From: Nemertoderma westbladi
Lineage: Eukaryota; Animalia; Xenacoelomorpha
Length of the DNA: 64,000 nucleotides
Assembly (NCBI GenBank): GCA_032718475.1
Contig: JAUCBJ010001204.1
Span: 1-64,000, forward strand
Direction of reading: 5' to 3'
Under the pieces are notes generated by a model that saw nothing but the letters and a program-made list of their open reading frames with translations, searched no databases and was not told the origin of the DNA. How positions within the stretch are numbered: the first letter of the stretch is position 1; every line of letters begins with the position of its first letter. Below, piece by piece: positions 62,721 to 64,000 of this stretch. Position numbers and translations under genes: made by a program.

Positions 62721-64000
62721 TCAGAGTTTATGCGATTATTCGCAACATTCATATCCCCAAGTTTATTCCTACAGTAATTGTGCTTGTTATATATACCGTT
62801 ATAGTTAAATTAACCCCGGTACTACATCAGGGCTGCTTGGCGTAGGTAAAGACTGGTGATTTTGTGCCCCGGTCACTCCAGCAGATGCCGTGGTTCTTTT
62901 AGCTGTACAAGTATTTCTAACTGCTGATTATTTGTTGTATAAGTACTTGTACCTAATTTAGGGTTTAGTGTACAATACTTTCCGAAGGTAATTAGTGTGT
63001 AGGCAGTATATTTGTGTTGTAAAGTGGTTAATAGGCACGTTGGTTCTGGTAGACCGCGGTAATTAACTTCTAGGTAGGAACACTCCGTGATACATAACGT
63101 AGTACTTATAGCGATACGGCTATAAGTCGTCAGACGGTGGTATTTTTCCTATCTGGACAACACAGTATATTTACTACTGCTTTGTTATTTTCAAATACCG
63201 TAGTACCCTGTCTGTTGCAATAACCAGATATTCTAACCCTTTGTTAGGCTGGTTTGTAGACTTCTTGTAAAATTACCCTAAAAATTCGTACGTGTAATTT
63301 TTGTGTTTATTTAGAGATTGTAATCTCACCCCGAATTGTACGTAATTTGTAGTATTAAGTAACTTAGGTAAATTATAATTATTTGTTTTAGTGTCCAACA
63401 AGTAGCACTTCACTGAGAGCGTACAGCTTCTGTGCAGTGACTCCTTCCTAGAAATAATAACATTTATTTCAAATATTGACAAAACCCATTATACGGGTAT
63501 ATATATATTATAAATCAACTCAAACCGATTTATAAAATAGTAGGCCTGTCTTACAACAATTAGGTCTTAATGTCAGTTGGACTACTGCTTAAATAACGGT
63601 AATCAAGTAAAGTAAAGTAACCAAGTAACCCCTAAAATTCAGAAATTCAATTATTCTAAAAATAATTGACATACCGGTATTTACAATAGGCTCATTGTAT
63701 TTATTTCTATAAATTTAGGCCGAAATTATACCGGTATTCTGTAATTAATTCTAGTCCATAATTATACTTATATATACTATAAGTGTAAGCTGTATACTGG
63801 TATTCACGATAGGCCTATTATATATTTATATATATAGTTGTGCTAAAATTATATACCGGTATTCTGTGACAAACCTAGTCTGTAATAATACTTATATATA
63901 TACTATAAGTGTATACCGGTATTCTAATATATTGTATATATATCACGTTACATAGAGTAACGATATCGGCAATTAATTACTAGGCTAACAGTGATACTGA

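Overview
AT-rich, repeat-dominated eukaryotic DNA, most likely an invertebrate animal. It has GT-AG introns, LINE/SINE/LTR/DNA transposons and no prokaryotic operons. Main contents: (1) a spliced minus-strand gene that the ORF track missed (exons 3680-3233, 2281-2125, 984-24, running off the left edge). It encodes a herpes-tegument-like (peptidase C76/VTD) deubiquitinase domain with intact Gln/Cys/Asp-His motifs, then 15-aa repeats and a CxxC, and is probably the 5' part of a Helitron/Helentron protein. (2) Two non-autonomous Helitron2/HINE-like elements. (3) A probable spliced orphan gene at about 19-23.7 kb. (4) A decayed IS3EU-type DDE transposase. (5) A 13.3-kb homogeneous 35-bp satellite with a binary T/C variant pattern that forms higher-order repeats. 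(6) An intronless, divergent PEX3 gene. (7) Nested TIR elements and an internally deleted Bel/Pao LTR retrotransposon. Comparing repeat copies shows recurrent 6-bp insertions (CCGGTA or GGCCTA) at TA sites. These look like transposon excision footprints and appear clustered near gene 5' ends. All family calls come from motif recognition by eye; no searches were run.
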